A stretch of 61,615 nucleotides of DNA from assembly GCA_038042445.1 (NCBI GenBank), contig JBBTED010000063.1:1-61615 (forward strand), read 5' to 3'. The position numbers were made by a program, and so were the translations under genes. Shown here in pieces: positions 37,942 through 47,106 of the stretch; within the stretch, counting starts at the first letter, position 1, and each line of letters opens with the position of its first letter. The stretch comes from Candidatus Firestoneibacteriota bacterium (GTDB taxonomy: Bacteria; Oederibacteriota; D2-FULL-39-29; JBBTED01). Under the pieces are notes generated by a model. The model searched no databases, was not told where the DNA came from, and was given only the letters and a program-made list of their open reading frames with translations.

Positions 37942-38843
37942 TATTCTTCTCTTTGCAGCAGAATTTTTTTTGCACCTTTTTGGATTAAAATAACTTCACC
38001 TGATGCAATTGAAAAAATTTTGATTCCAGGAGCTACTTCTTCATTAGTTCTTTTATACACTACAGCACCATTTACACTTATTGCAGCAACATCAGAAACA
38101 ATACCTACACATTCTAAAGATGGCCATGATATAGTTTCTGCTTGTGCAACTTCTGTTCCTGCTAATGCTTTAAATATATTTCTTGAATAAACTGGAATAG
38201 GCGATGTACTTTCTAATACAATTTTTGCAGGTTTTGGTTCAATACCGGGATATATATTGGCAATTCTTGATTTTAAATTCTCAGTTAAAATAAATCCGTT
38301 AATCGTTAATGCCATTTGGACTTTTCCTACACCTGTTGCACGCAAACTTAAATGGCCTATTTCTACAAATTTATTTGTATTTTCTAAATAATGCATGAAT
38401 TTAAGTAACGAATCGTATGCTATTTCCATACTTAAAATAACAGGAGTTCTTGAATAATCCCCCTGAACTTGTTCTGTTCTTGGTATAGCAGAAAGACTTT
38501 TAGCACCAAATTTCAAAGCAGTATTATTTAAGAAAGCTACAAATTCAGCCTTTTCACGGTCAACAAGGAAACTATTCTGAAGTTTTGCAATTTTGACAGG
38601 TAATTGTTCATAATTTTCTCGTAACACATCTTCTGTTGTCCCCAATTCTTCTGAAAATTTTAATTTCTCTTGGACATTTGTAAATTCTTTTTTTGTAGAA
38701 TTAATATTTAAAATTGACAGGGATAATATTGCTATGCAAATTAATAGGACTCCACTGCAAATTGCATATAGTATTATGTCAAAATTTTCAAGTTTTTTCC
38801 CTGTAAAAACCAGATATTCATTTTTTTTAGATTTATCTTCCAT
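37941..38843 (-). CDS. pilO: PilO-like alignment protein
   Basis: N-terminal TM, coiled coil, Y.RTPV.LSME.AYDSLLKFMHYLEN..KFVEI; follows pilM/N. Confidence 0.65.
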   Translation of the reverse strand: MEDKSKKNEYLVFTGKKLENFDIILYAICSGVLLICIAILSLSILNINSTKKEFTNVQEKLKFSEELGTTEDVLRENYEQLPVKIAKLQNSFLVDREKAEFVAFLNNTALKFGAKSLSAIPRTEQVQGDYSRTPVILSMEIAYDSLLKFMHYLENTNKFVEIGHLSLRATGVGKVQMALTINGFILTENLKSRIANIYPGIEPKPAKIVLESTSPIPVYSRNIFKALAGTEVAQAETISWPSLECVGIVSDVAAISVNGAVVYKRTNEEVAPGIKIFSIASGEVILIQKGAKKILLQREE

Positions 38844-38885
38844 AAATTTACATCCTTATCCTTTCTTTAAACATTCTTCAAAATT

Positions 38886-38949
38886 GTCATTGCGAGAAAC
38901 GAAGTGACGAAGCAATCTCGAGATTGCTTCGCCTTCGGCTCGCAATGAC
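38886..38949. repeat. GTCATTGCGAG...GAAGCAATCTC/GAGATTGCTTC...CTCGCAATGAC palindromic element
   Basis: Near-perfect long inverted repeat. Confidence 0.9.
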
Positions 38950-38987
38950 AAATAAACGTGACGGTGTTCAGTGAAGGGTTTTGTCAC

Positions 38988-40793
38988 TTATTCTCTTCCT
39001 TTCACAGGTGATGTTTCTGCTTGGCTCTTATCTCTTCTTGCAAGTGAAAAATCAAGAATTCCACCTGTATCAATTAAAGAAGCTGTCTGAACACCTTTGA
39101 AATATTTTGATCCCTCACACTTAAACATAAGCTCATCTATCTCACTTCTAAACTCAGATTTAACTTTTCCATCAATCCGTATTCCACCAGTATTTCTTAT
39201 AGTATACTCCTCAATCCATATATTTGATGGAAGCATATTACAAAACTCTACATACGTCTGAAGATTACCTTTATTACCAATATTAACATTTTTTAACTCA
39301 TTTTCAAATGCAGAAACTTTATCCATAGTATTTTTCATTGCGATAAGTTCTTTTGTTTGTGGAGTCAGTGTATTTAACTTCTCTCTTGCAATTTTCAATT
39401 CATTTTTAAGATTGCTTTTTTCTTTAGTTTTAAACCATATACCCCCTAAAATAATTAAAAATAGAACACAAAAGATTGTTATAACATTTGATCTTTTTGA
39501 TTTTAGTTTTCTTTGCAATAAATGTTCAAAAGGCAAAAGATTTATAGTGTTTTTAAATTGAATAAGTCTTCTAAGTGCTGCTCCAATTGCAATATCTAAA
39601 ATTGGCAAACAATCAGAAAGTTCTGCTTTTTTACTAATGCGCAATCTTGGGTTAGGCTTATCTAAAATTTCTACATTCCTTTCAAGTTTTGCTTGTAAAT
39701 ATATACCTAAATTTGCCAATTTTGAATTGCCACCACTTAAGTATATCTTCGCTACAGGTTTACTATCTGGCCTGCTTTCATAATATTTTAATGCACCTGA
39801 TACCTGCCTAACTAAATCTTTAAGTTTTATCTCAAGCTGTGGTAAAATTTCTTTATCAATTTGTTCGTCATTGCGAACTACATTCTCTTCACTCAGTGTA
39901 GACTCCGGCGAAGCAATCTCTTGAGATTCTTCGCTTTGCTCAGAATGACCATTCGGATCATTTATTAATCCACCAAAATCTAATGTCCTTTTTATTTCAT
40001 CTGCCTTATCAAAATTCGCATCAGTTTTTTGTACTATATCAACATTAAGGTCAGACGAGACGTCTGACCTATTATCACAATCTAAATTTAATTTTTGTGC
40101 TATAGCAAGTGTTAAATCATCACCTGCCCATGGGAAATCCAAATTAAACCGTAGAGTCTGACCTTCTATAATATTAAGACTTGATGCTTTAGCTCCTAAA
40201 TTTATTATCGCTATACCTTCTTTTCCCTCCACCTGTGACAAATTAAAATATAGAAAATTTGCCATAGCCATAGAAGGAGCCTCAAGGACATCCGGTACAA
40301 TATTTAATTCTTCAAATAATTGGAGATGAGATGCTATCATCTCTTTTTTAGCAACAATTAAAGTAACATCCATCTTCTGTTTTCCATCTGCATCAAGCTC
40401 AGCTTTTCGTCTATACCATCGAGACACCTGTATATCCCACACCATATCTTTTAAATCAAATGGAATATATTCAGGCATACCACCCCAAAATATAGCTTCT
40501 TTTAAACTTTTTTCAGATAAAACCGGCATTGTAAAAAATCTTATATTTATTGCTTCTTCAGGTAAAACACTAACCATATTCTCTTGTTTTAACTTATGTT
40601 CTTTAAAAAGCTGTTTTATCACTGATGCAATTTTTTTATTTTTCAAATCTACAGATGTAGATTCCTCAGGTGTAAAATCCAATTTATGAATTATGTAATC
40701 ATCAATTTTTATATTTGCACCAGATTTTTTAAGCTTTACTATTTTTATATAACGACTTCCTATATCTATCCCTATACTTGTATCTTTAGCCAC
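38988..40793 (-). CDS. pilM: PilM-PilN fusion protein with two in-frame repeat insertions
   Basis: IGIDIGSRYIKIV, IINLGA, IYLSGGNSKL, AIGAALR (PilM), then INLLP, TM and LPSNIWIE (PilN); GTG start with GAGG RBS. Confidence 0.85.
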   Translation of the reverse strand: MAKDTSIGIDIGSRYIKIVKLKKSGANIKIDDYIIHKLDFTPEESTSVDLKNKKIASVIKQLFKEHKLKQENMVSVLPEEAINIRFFTMPVLSEKSLKEAIFWGGMPEYIPFDLKDMVWDIQVSRWYRRKAELDADGKQKMDVTLIVAKKEMIASHLQLFEELNIVPDVLEAPSMAMANFLYFNLSQVEGKEGIAIINLGAKASSLNIIEGQTLRFNLDFPWAGDDLTLAIAQKLNLDCDNRSDVSSDLNVDIVQKTDANFDKADEIKRTLDFGGLINDPNGHSEQSEESQEIASPESTLSEENVVRNDEQIDKEILPQLEIKLKDLVRQVSGALKYYESRPDSKPVAKIYLSGGNSKLANLGIYLQAKLERNVEILDKPNPRLRISKKAELSDCLPILDIAIGAALRRLIQFKNTINLLPFEHLLQRKLKSKRSNVITIFCVLFLIILGGIWFKTKEKSNLKNELKIAREKLNTLTPQTKELIAMKNTMDKVSAFENELKNVNIGNKGNLQTYVEFCNMLPSNIWIEEYTIRNTGGIRIDGKVKSEFRSEIDELMFKCEGSKYFKGVQTASLIDTGGILDFSLARRDKSQAETSPVKGRE

Positions 40794-40818
40794 GTTAATA
40801 CCTCACTTTCAAAACATG

Positions 40819-40846
40819 GTAGGGAACGGTCGCGACCGTTCCCTAC
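40819..40846. repeat. GTAGGGAACGGTCGCGACCGTTCCCTAC perfect palindrome
   Basis: Read directly. Confidence 0.9.
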
Positions 40847-40850
40847 ATTA

Positions 40851-41690
40851 TCATTTTTCAGAAGCACTTTGCAACAAACCCATATTTATCAAACTTATCA
40901 TTGTTGCTATGTTTTTTGTCCTTGACTCCTGTCCCTTTTCACCCCTTATTAAATATGTTAACTCAACACGTATACTTTTTGAAGATTTAAGAGCTGTATA
41001 GTCAAAACCATAAGTATTTTCTTCACCTTTTGAATCATACGGAATAAATTTAATTGTCTGCAATAGAAATTCCTTACCTTTTTCAGGCTCTACAACATCT
41101 TCATATTCATATTGTTTGGTTATTCTTTTTCCTGTAACAGGATCTTTAATATCCGGCAAATATCCATCTGTATCCAATTCCTGTGGATGTCCAAAAACTT
41201 GTGTCCATTCGTATTCAGTTTTTTTACTTTGAATAATCAAATAATCATTTCCATATAAATCGTGTGCTTTTTCTACTTTATAATTTATAATTTTACCGTT
41301 AATTAACTGATCATTAGTAGTGGAATCTGTACTTAATACTTTATCCTTAAATATATCCACTTCTATAGAATCCCTTGTAGAAGAAATATAATTTATCCGT
41401 GAGGCGAATTGAAAATCCATAGTCATTTTCCCAAATAGTATCTTTATCAAATTTTCTTCATTTACTAAATCTGTTCCTTTATCAAAGAAATTTTTTGAAA
41501 CTATAAAAGCTTCATATATAACCATCATAATGATAAAAGATATCCCGGTTGCTACAATTATTTCAAGTAAAGTAAAGCCATGGGATGTACCTGAACGAAG
41601 TGAATGGTTCACCCCTGCACCATTCGCTTTGCTCAGGTTCAGGGCACGCCCTTTATTGCGACAGAAGTGTCTCAAGCTGATATGTTCCAT
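40851..41690 (-). CDS. Minor pilin/pseudopilin (PilW/GspJ-like) with a repeat-expanded leader
   Basis: G|FTLLEIIVATGISFIIMMVIY prepilin motif. Confidence 0.8.
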   Translation of the reverse strand: MEHISLRHFCRNKGRALNLSKANGAGVNHSLRSGTSHGFTLLEIIVATGISFIIMMVIYEAFIVSKNFFDKGTDLVNEENLIKILFGKMTMDFQFASRINYISSTRDSIEVDIFKDKVLSTDSTTNDQLINGKIINYKVEKAHDLYGNDYLIIQSKKTEYEWTQVFGHPQELDTDGYLPDIKDPVTGKRITKQYEYEDVVEPEKGKEFLLQTIKFIPYDSKGEENTYGFDYTALKSSKSIRVELTYLIRGEKGQESRTKNIATMISLINMGLLQSASEK

Positions 41691-42216
41691 CCTTCATTTC
41701 TTTTCTCGGATCTGTCCATTTAACTATCACCCATATATGAACAAGAAGCGGTCGAACATCTTCTACTTCCCATTCAACGTTCCTTGTGTAATTTACCCTA
41801 TAAGAAGCGTCTCTTAAACTATCAGAAGTATCTTTTGTCTCTTCACTTAATATTCTTCTCTCACCAAGTACTATTGTTCTACTTTGAACAAGATCCCATG
41901 CTGTTACTGTCCCATTTTTCAAATCACTTATTACAGCGTCACTTAAGCCTATATAAAGTGGGTTTTCAAAATTTGTCAGGCGCACCATTTCATTATCAGC
42001 TAAAGTAACTGCCTGTGCCTTAACATCTCCAAAGCTTATATTCCTATATGAATCAAAAAACGTAGTTGTAATAAAAATATAAATTGCAGAGACAAAAGAA
42101 ACCGTAATTATAACCTCTAACAGGGTAAAACCTGCACCATTTCGGTGCAGGGGTGAACTTGAGCAAAACGAATAGTTCATCCCACCGTTTTTAAATCTAT
42201 TTAATTTAAAATTCAT
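41653..42216 (-). CDS. Minor pilin/pseudopilin (PilV/GspI-like)
   Basis: G|FTLLEVIITVSF; C-terminal IWVIVKW...YQLETL. Confidence 0.8.
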   Translation of the reverse strand: MNFKLNRFKNGGMNYSFCSSSPLHRNGAGFTLLEVIITVSFVSAIYIFITTTFFDSYRNISFGDVKAQAVTLADNEMVRLTNFENPLYIGLSDAVISDLKNGTVTAWDLVQSRTIVLGERRILSEETKDTSDSLRDASYRVNYTRNVEWEVEDVRPLLVHIWVIVKWTDPRKEMKDGTYQLETLLSQ

Positions 42217-42233
42217 TTGTATTGCGTTTTTCT

Positions 42234-42316
42234 GTAGTTGCCGATTTATCGGCGATTTTTAAAACAGTGGTTTGTCTTTTTAGAACAAACCACAACGCCG
42301 ATAAATAGACAACTAC
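42234..42316. repeat. REP-1 doublet with an internal hairpin
   Basis: gtagttgccgatttatcggc...gtggtttgtc/gaacaaaccac...gccgataaatagacaactac. Confidence 0.85.
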
Positions 42317-42327
42317 ATCTTACTATC

Positions 42328-42762
42328 CTATTGCGAACCACCTGCAGCTTTAAATGAATGACGTTTTGGATTCACAGGTGCCTCTACATCATCATCAGAA
42401 CCATTCCTGCCATCAGGACCAGAACTTCCAAGCAAATAATTACTTGCTATTGTAGAACCACCTTCTTTTTTAGGTTGATAATTATACACATTACTCCATG
42501 GATCTTTATCTGAACCTTCTGAAACATATCCTTCTGTAATCAATGCCTGTAGATTATCTGGATAATATTTGTAATGAGTGTAATAAAGTTCCAGACTTGA
42601 CTGTATACCACGCAAACTTGCTGTGCAAGCTTCCCTATTTGATGTTTCACGTGTTTTAAACATATCAGGAATTACTATAGTCATCAGCAATCCGATTATG
42701 CCCAACACTATGAGCATTTCAATTAAGGTAAATCCTCTTTCATTTTTTCTTACCATTACCAT
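42328..42762 (-). CDS. GspG-like major pseudopilin
   Basis: RG|FTLIEMLIVLGIIGLL; KDPWSNVYNY and SSGPDGRNGSDDD typical of GspG; GGAGG RBS before ATG 42762. Confidence 0.85.
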   Translation of the reverse strand: MVMVRKNERGFTLIEMLIVLGIIGLLMTIVIPDMFKTRETSNREACTASLRGIQSSLELYYTHYKYYPDNLQALITEGYVSEGSDKDPWSNVYNYQPKKEGGSTIASNYLLGSSGPDGRNGSDDDVEAPVNPKRHSFKAAGGSQ

Positions 42763-42812
42763 TTCACCTCCATTGTGTCTTAGATATAGAACAGAAGACA
42801 AAAAATATACAA

Positions 42813-42835
42813 GCAAGGCTAAAGCCTTGCCCTAC
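42813..42835 (-). repeat. GTAGGGCAAGGCTTTAGCCTTGC REP
   Basis: Same GGCTTTAGCC core as 2111-2137, 4528-4550 and 60687-60706. Confidence 0.8.
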
Positions 42836-42851
42836 ATAAAAAATTTTATCA

Positions 42852-44084
42852 TTAATATGTCTTTCTCAATAACTGATGCATACGAAACACAGGTAAATAC
42901 AATCCAACTACAACTGAACCAACCATACCAGCTAATAATAGCATTAAAGCCGGCTCTATTATTGACATTAAAGCTGCTGTGGAAATATTAACCTCCTCAT
43001 CATAATATTCAGCTATTTGATCCATCGCTTCTCCAAGCTTCCCTGTCTGTTCTCCAACTTTTATCATTTGCACAATCATTGGAGGGAAAAACGCATATTT
43101 ACGCAAAGCTTCAGCTATTTTTTCACCCTCTTTAATACGTTCCCTTGCCTCATTTAAACTCTTCTCTATAGGTTTACTACCAACTGTTTTTGAAAGCAAA
43201 TCAAAACATTCTAAAATTGGCACACCACTTGTAACAAGTATGCCCATAGTATTTGAAAATTTTGCAAAAATAACTTTCTGTATATAAACCCCAAGTATTG
43301 GAAGTTTTAATATTAAACTATCGAATTGCATTTTACCTTTTTCTGTCTGCAAATAATTTTTCAATAGTACCCATCCAACGAATAAACTACCAAAAAATAT
43401 TACATTTACCGGAGTTTTTAGAATTAAAAAACCTATTCCATGACTTAAAGCTATAAGCACATTCGTAAGAGCAGGTAAATTGGCTCCAAACTGCCCATAT
43501 AATTTTTCAAATTGGGGTATAACTACAGTCATAATAAAAATTACAACTGCTATGGCAACACAAATAACTATTAATGGATAAATCATAGCATTTTTTAATT
43601 TTGACCGTAACCTTGCAGAACTTTCCATATATTTTGCAACTCGTATTAAAACCACAGGAAGTTTTCCTGCAGCCTCACCAGCTTTTACCATTCCTGCATA
43701 TAGTGGAGGAAATAATTTTGGATATTTTTCAAATGCAGTTGATAAACTATTTCCTGCAATTATATCGTCTTGTATCTTTTTTACTATTTCTTTAAATTTA
43801 GGATTCATTGTTTGTTCAGCTAATACTCCAAAACATTGATCAAGTGGTATATTTGCTTTGACTAAAGCAGCTAATTGCCTGCTGAAATTCAAAACGTCTT
43901 CCATTTTTATTTTAGCGCCTGAGCCTTTAAGTTGCTGCAAAAACATAGAAACTTTTCTCATACTGGTAACAATAAGTTTTTGGGACTGAAGTTTAGCAAC
44001 TAATGCTTCTTTGCCATCAACTTCCATTGTTCCAGATACTTCCTCACCTTTATCATTTACTGCCGTATATTTAAAAAGTGCCAT
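42852..44084 (-). CDS. pilC: Inner-membrane platform protein PilC/GspF
   Basis: FSRQLAAL, MVKAGEAAGKL, AMIYP, MIKVGEQTGKL, IEP.. Confidence 0.92.
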   Translation of the reverse strand: MALFKYTAVNDKGEEVSGTMEVDGKEALVAKLQSQKLIVTSMRKVSMFLQQLKGSGAKIKMEDVLNFSRQLAALVKANIPLDQCFGVLAEQTMNPKFKEIVKKIQDDIIAGNSLSTAFEKYPKLFPPLYAGMVKAGEAAGKLPVVLIRVAKYMESSARLRSKLKNAMIYPLIVICVAIAVVIFIMTVVIPQFEKLYGQFGANLPALTNVLIALSHGIGFLILKTPVNVIFFGSLFVGWVLLKNYLQTEKGKMQFDSLILKLPILGVYIQKVIFAKFSNTMGILVTSGVPILECFDLLSKTVGSKPIEKSLNEARERIKEGEKIAEALRKYAFFPPMIVQMIKVGEQTGKLGEAMDQIAEYYDEEVNISTAALMSIIEPALMLLLAGMVGSVVVGLYLPVFRMHQLLRKTY

Positions 44085-44099
44085 TTTTTTAAAATTATT

Positions 44100-44142
44100 G
44101 TAGTTGCTGATTTATCAGCTATGCCGATAAATCGGCAACTAC
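44100..44142. repeat. REP-1 doublet whose GTAG supplies the pilB stop codon
   Basis: Minus strand GAG-TAG-TTGCCGATTTATCGGC. Confidence 0.9.
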
Positions 44143-45839
44143 TCTGTGCTTGCTACTGCTACTCTTAAAACTTCCTCTATTGTTGTTGCACCCTTAAGTA
44201 CTAAATTTATTCCACTTTGCATAAGTGTATTCATTCCCTGCTGAATACAAAGCTTTCGTATAACATGGTCAGGAGACCTTTTCATTATCAAATCCCTTAC
44301 TTCATCGGTCAGAGTCATTATTTCAAACAAAGCAATTCTGCCACTATAACCAGATTTACCACACAGCTCACATCCTTCTCCCCTAAAAAACTCTATTTTT
44401 TCCCCTTCTTTGTAAATTCCAAGTTCCTTAAGCTGTTCATCAGAAGGTAGATATGGTTTTTTACATCTTTCACAAGCTTTTCTAACCAATCGCTGTGCAA
44501 CTACCATATGCAAACAGGAGTTTATCAAAAATGGCTCTATACCCATATCAATAAGTCTTGTAACTGAACTTGGAGCATCATTAGTATGAATAGTTGAAAA
44601 AACCAAATGTCCTGTAAGAGATGCCCTCATTGCAATATCAGCAGTTTCGAAATCGCGCATTTCACCAACTAAAACTATATCTGGATCCTGTCTCAAAAAA
44701 CTTCTAAGCGCTCTTCCAAATGTTAAACCTATTTCTTCTTTAACTTCTGTCTGGCCTATACCTACAAGAGAATATTCCACAGGATCTTCAACAGTAAGAA
44801 TATTATGACCTGGGTGATTTATTCTGTTTAATGCTGCATAAAGAGTTGTCGTTTTACCTGAACCTGTAGGACCACTGACTAAAATCATTCCATGAGGTCT
44901 TTTAATTGCAGCCTCAAGTTTTCTCAGGTCATCACCTGCCATTCCCAAAGCTTCAAGACTTAATAAATTTATACCTCTATCTAAAATTCTTAATACTACT
45001 CTTTCGCCAAACTGATTTGGAATTGTTGATACACGAAAATCTATGTCTCTTCCTTCAACTTTTCTACTTATGCTGCCATCTTGCGGTAATCTGCTTTCTG
45101 CAATATCCAATTTTGCCATAATCTTTACTCTTGATACTATTGCAGAATATATTGCAAGTGGAGGAGATGGAACCTCGTGTAACACACCGTCTTTTCTATA
45201 TCTAATACGGCAATGTGTTTCAAATGGTTCTAAATGAATATCAGTAGCTCTATCTTTAACTGCATTTAAAATTATAAAGTTGACAAGTTTAATAACAGGA
45301 GCATCTTCAACAAGCTCCTGCATTTTATCCTGATTGGTATCTTCAAGAAGTTTCTCATCAATTTCTTTTACCATATCACGCATTCCATCCGGCAAACCAA
45401 AATATTGGACTATTGCTCTTTCTACAGCTTTAGAAGAAGCTAACAAAGCTTTTATTTCCTTATTAGTAATAAATTTTATATCATTTATGGCACTATAATT
45501 AAGAGGATCTATCATCGCTACAGTCAAAACATTGTTCTCATACGCTATAGCTAAAGCCTGATAACGTCTACAAGCATCCTCAGGCATCATTTTAACTACA
45601 TCAGGATCTATTAAAGTTTCATTAAGATTTACAGTCTCAACATCAAGCTGCTTACCTAAAGCATCAAGCAAATCTTCTTCCTTTATATATCCTAAATCCA
45701 ATAAAATATGCCCGATCTTTTTACCTGAAACTTTTTGTTCAGCTAAAACCTTATCAAGCTGCATCTGATTTATTTTATGAGATTCTTTTAATATCTCACC
45801 TAATGTAGCATGCTTTGATTTATTTGTTGTTTCAGCCAT
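44139..45839 (-). CDS. pilB: Assembly ATPase PilB/GspE
   Basis: N-terminal LGEIL/IGHILL (MshEN-like), GPTGSGKTTT, LRQDPDIVLVGEMRD, TGHLVFSTIHTN, CERC/CELC. Confidence 0.95.
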   Translation of the reverse strand: MAETTNKSKHATLGEILKESHKINQMQLDKVLAEQKVSGKKIGHILLDLGYIKEEDLLDALGKQLDVETVNLNETLIDPDVVKMMPEDACRRYQALAIAYENNVLTVAMIDPLNYSAINDIKFITNKEIKALLASSKAVERAIVQYFGLPDGMRDMVKEIDEKLLEDTNQDKMQELVEDAPVIKLVNFIILNAVKDRATDIHLEPFETHCRIRYRKDGVLHEVPSPPLAIYSAIVSRVKIMAKLDIAESRLPQDGSISRKVEGRDIDFRVSTIPNQFGERVVLRILDRGINLLSLEALGMAGDDLRKLEAAIKRPHGMILVSGPTGSGKTTTLYAALNRINHPGHNILTVEDPVEYSLVGIGQTEVKEEIGLTFGRALRSFLRQDPDIVLVGEMRDFETADIAMRASLTGHLVFSTIHTNDAPSSVTRLIDMGIEPFLINSCLHMVVAQRLVRKACERCKKPYLPSDEQLKELGIYKEGEKIEFFRGEGCELCGKSGYSGRIALFEIMTLTDEVRDLIMKRSPDHVIRKLCIQQGMNTLMQSGINLVLKGATTIEEVLRVAVASTE

Positions 45840-46879
45840 TAAAGTTTTTTCTCCATTTTATCTAATTTTTCTTTTATTACGATATCCTCTGGATTATCTT
45901 GAAGCCATTCCTTACAAGTTTTAACAGCTTTATCATACATCCCAGAAGCTTCATAAATATCAATTAATAATGATGATATTTTTCCTGCATTTTTTTTTGC
46001 TTCTTCAATTACTTTTCCTCTCCTAATCAAAAAGAATTTATCCTCTGTTATACCTGGAATTAAATTGTATGGAATCCCTTCTTCTATAAGCCTTGATTTT
46101 TCAATTGCATCATTGGGACGACCCAACTTACCAATATAATTATTAAAATTTTCAACTGCATTAGTATAATCTGAAATTTTTTCATCTGAATCCTTATGGT
46201 TTTTTAAAAAGTAACTGTATCCAATCATACAATAGCCCCGTGTAAAAAAAGAATCTTCATTTATAGATTTTTCAAAACCTGCCAATGCTTTCTCATAGTC
46301 AAAAGCCTTAAAATCCTCATACGCAGTTTTGTAAATGTTAGCAAGATTTTCCTGCTTTTTTATAAAACCTGAATTTTCTTTAATTATTTTCTCATTATAT
46401 ACAACAATACGTTTATTTTCTCCCTCTATCAGCTGATTTTCTGTAACAGCTTTTTCTTTTTCTTTATGTAATTCTATTCCCTGAAACAATCTGTTAATAC
46501 CGTCAAAAAGCCCTATACCAATACCAATTCCTCCTGCAAATGATAATGTCCTTCCTTCTTTAATTCCATACTTATTAGGATCTGCGCCTACTATCAAGCT
46601 TGCTACTCCAGCAAGAATAACTATACCATCTGAAATATATCCCCACCTATTTGCATCTATATTCTCATCATATTCTTCTATCTTTTTATACTTTTTCAAA
46701 GGAATAATTGGGAGGTCTACCTGATTTATTGTCCACTCAGGATTAATCTGGCCAACATCGACACCTGGGAATAATCTAATATCCTTAGGTTGTATATCTT
46801 CTGCATTCGCCTCAGACGAATTAAATACAATAACAGCCAGGAATATAAATAAAATTATACTATAGTTTTTTATACCCAT
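45839..46879 (-). CDS. Exported/membrane TPR-like protein
   Basis: Signal peptide, two short hydrophobic segments, TPR-like helices (YEKALAGFEKSI, YDKAVKTCKEWL..NP). Confidence 0.55.
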   Translation of the reverse strand: MGIKNYSIILFIFLAVIVFNSSEANAEDIQPKDIRLFPGVDVGQINPEWTINQVDLPIIPLKKYKKIEEYDENIDANRWGYISDGIVILAGVASLIVGADPNKYGIKEGRTLSFAGGIGIGIGLFDGINRLFQGIELHKEKEKAVTENQLIEGENKRIVVYNEKIIKENSGFIKKQENLANIYKTAYEDFKAFDYEKALAGFEKSINEDSFFTRGYCMIGYSYFLKNHKDSDEKISDYTNAVENFNNYIGKLGRPNDAIEKSRLIEEGIPYNLIPGITEDKFFLIRRGKVIEEAKKNAGKISSLLIDIYEASGMYDKAVKTCKEWLQDNPEDIVIKEKLDKMEKKL

Positions 46880-46948
46880 GTTCGGTTCTCCAACATTCCT
46901 TTTACCAAGGACTGAGGCTTTGTCACCATGGCAAAAATATTAATAATT

Positions 46949-46977
46949 ATTTTAACTGTATTTTCATATACAGTCAA
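46949..46977 (-). promoter_or_regulatory. Sigma70-type promoter heading the TPR-pilB-pilC operon
   Basis: TTGACT-17 bp-TAAAAT. Confidence 0.55.
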
Positions 46978-47022
46978 TAGTTTTATTTAAAAAAGTAGTG
47001 GGGACACTGAATGAATGAAATT

Positions 47023-47106
47023 GTCACGCTGAATTTATTTCAGCATTTAATAAAAACAATGTGTTTTGAGATCCTGAAACAAGTTCAGGATGACGCTTCG
47101 CGTCAT
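47023..47106. repeat. GTCA...TGAC double hairpin ending in ATGACGCTTCGCGTCAT over a stop codon
   Basis: gtcacgctgaatttatttcagc...gatcctgaaacaagttcaggatgacgcttcgcgtcat. Confidence 0.85.

Noticed and set aside
42818..42833. Sigma54 -24/-12 promoter upstream of the major pilin (GG-N10-GC)
   Set aside because: The match lies inside a REP palindrome and departs from TGGCAC-N5-TTGC
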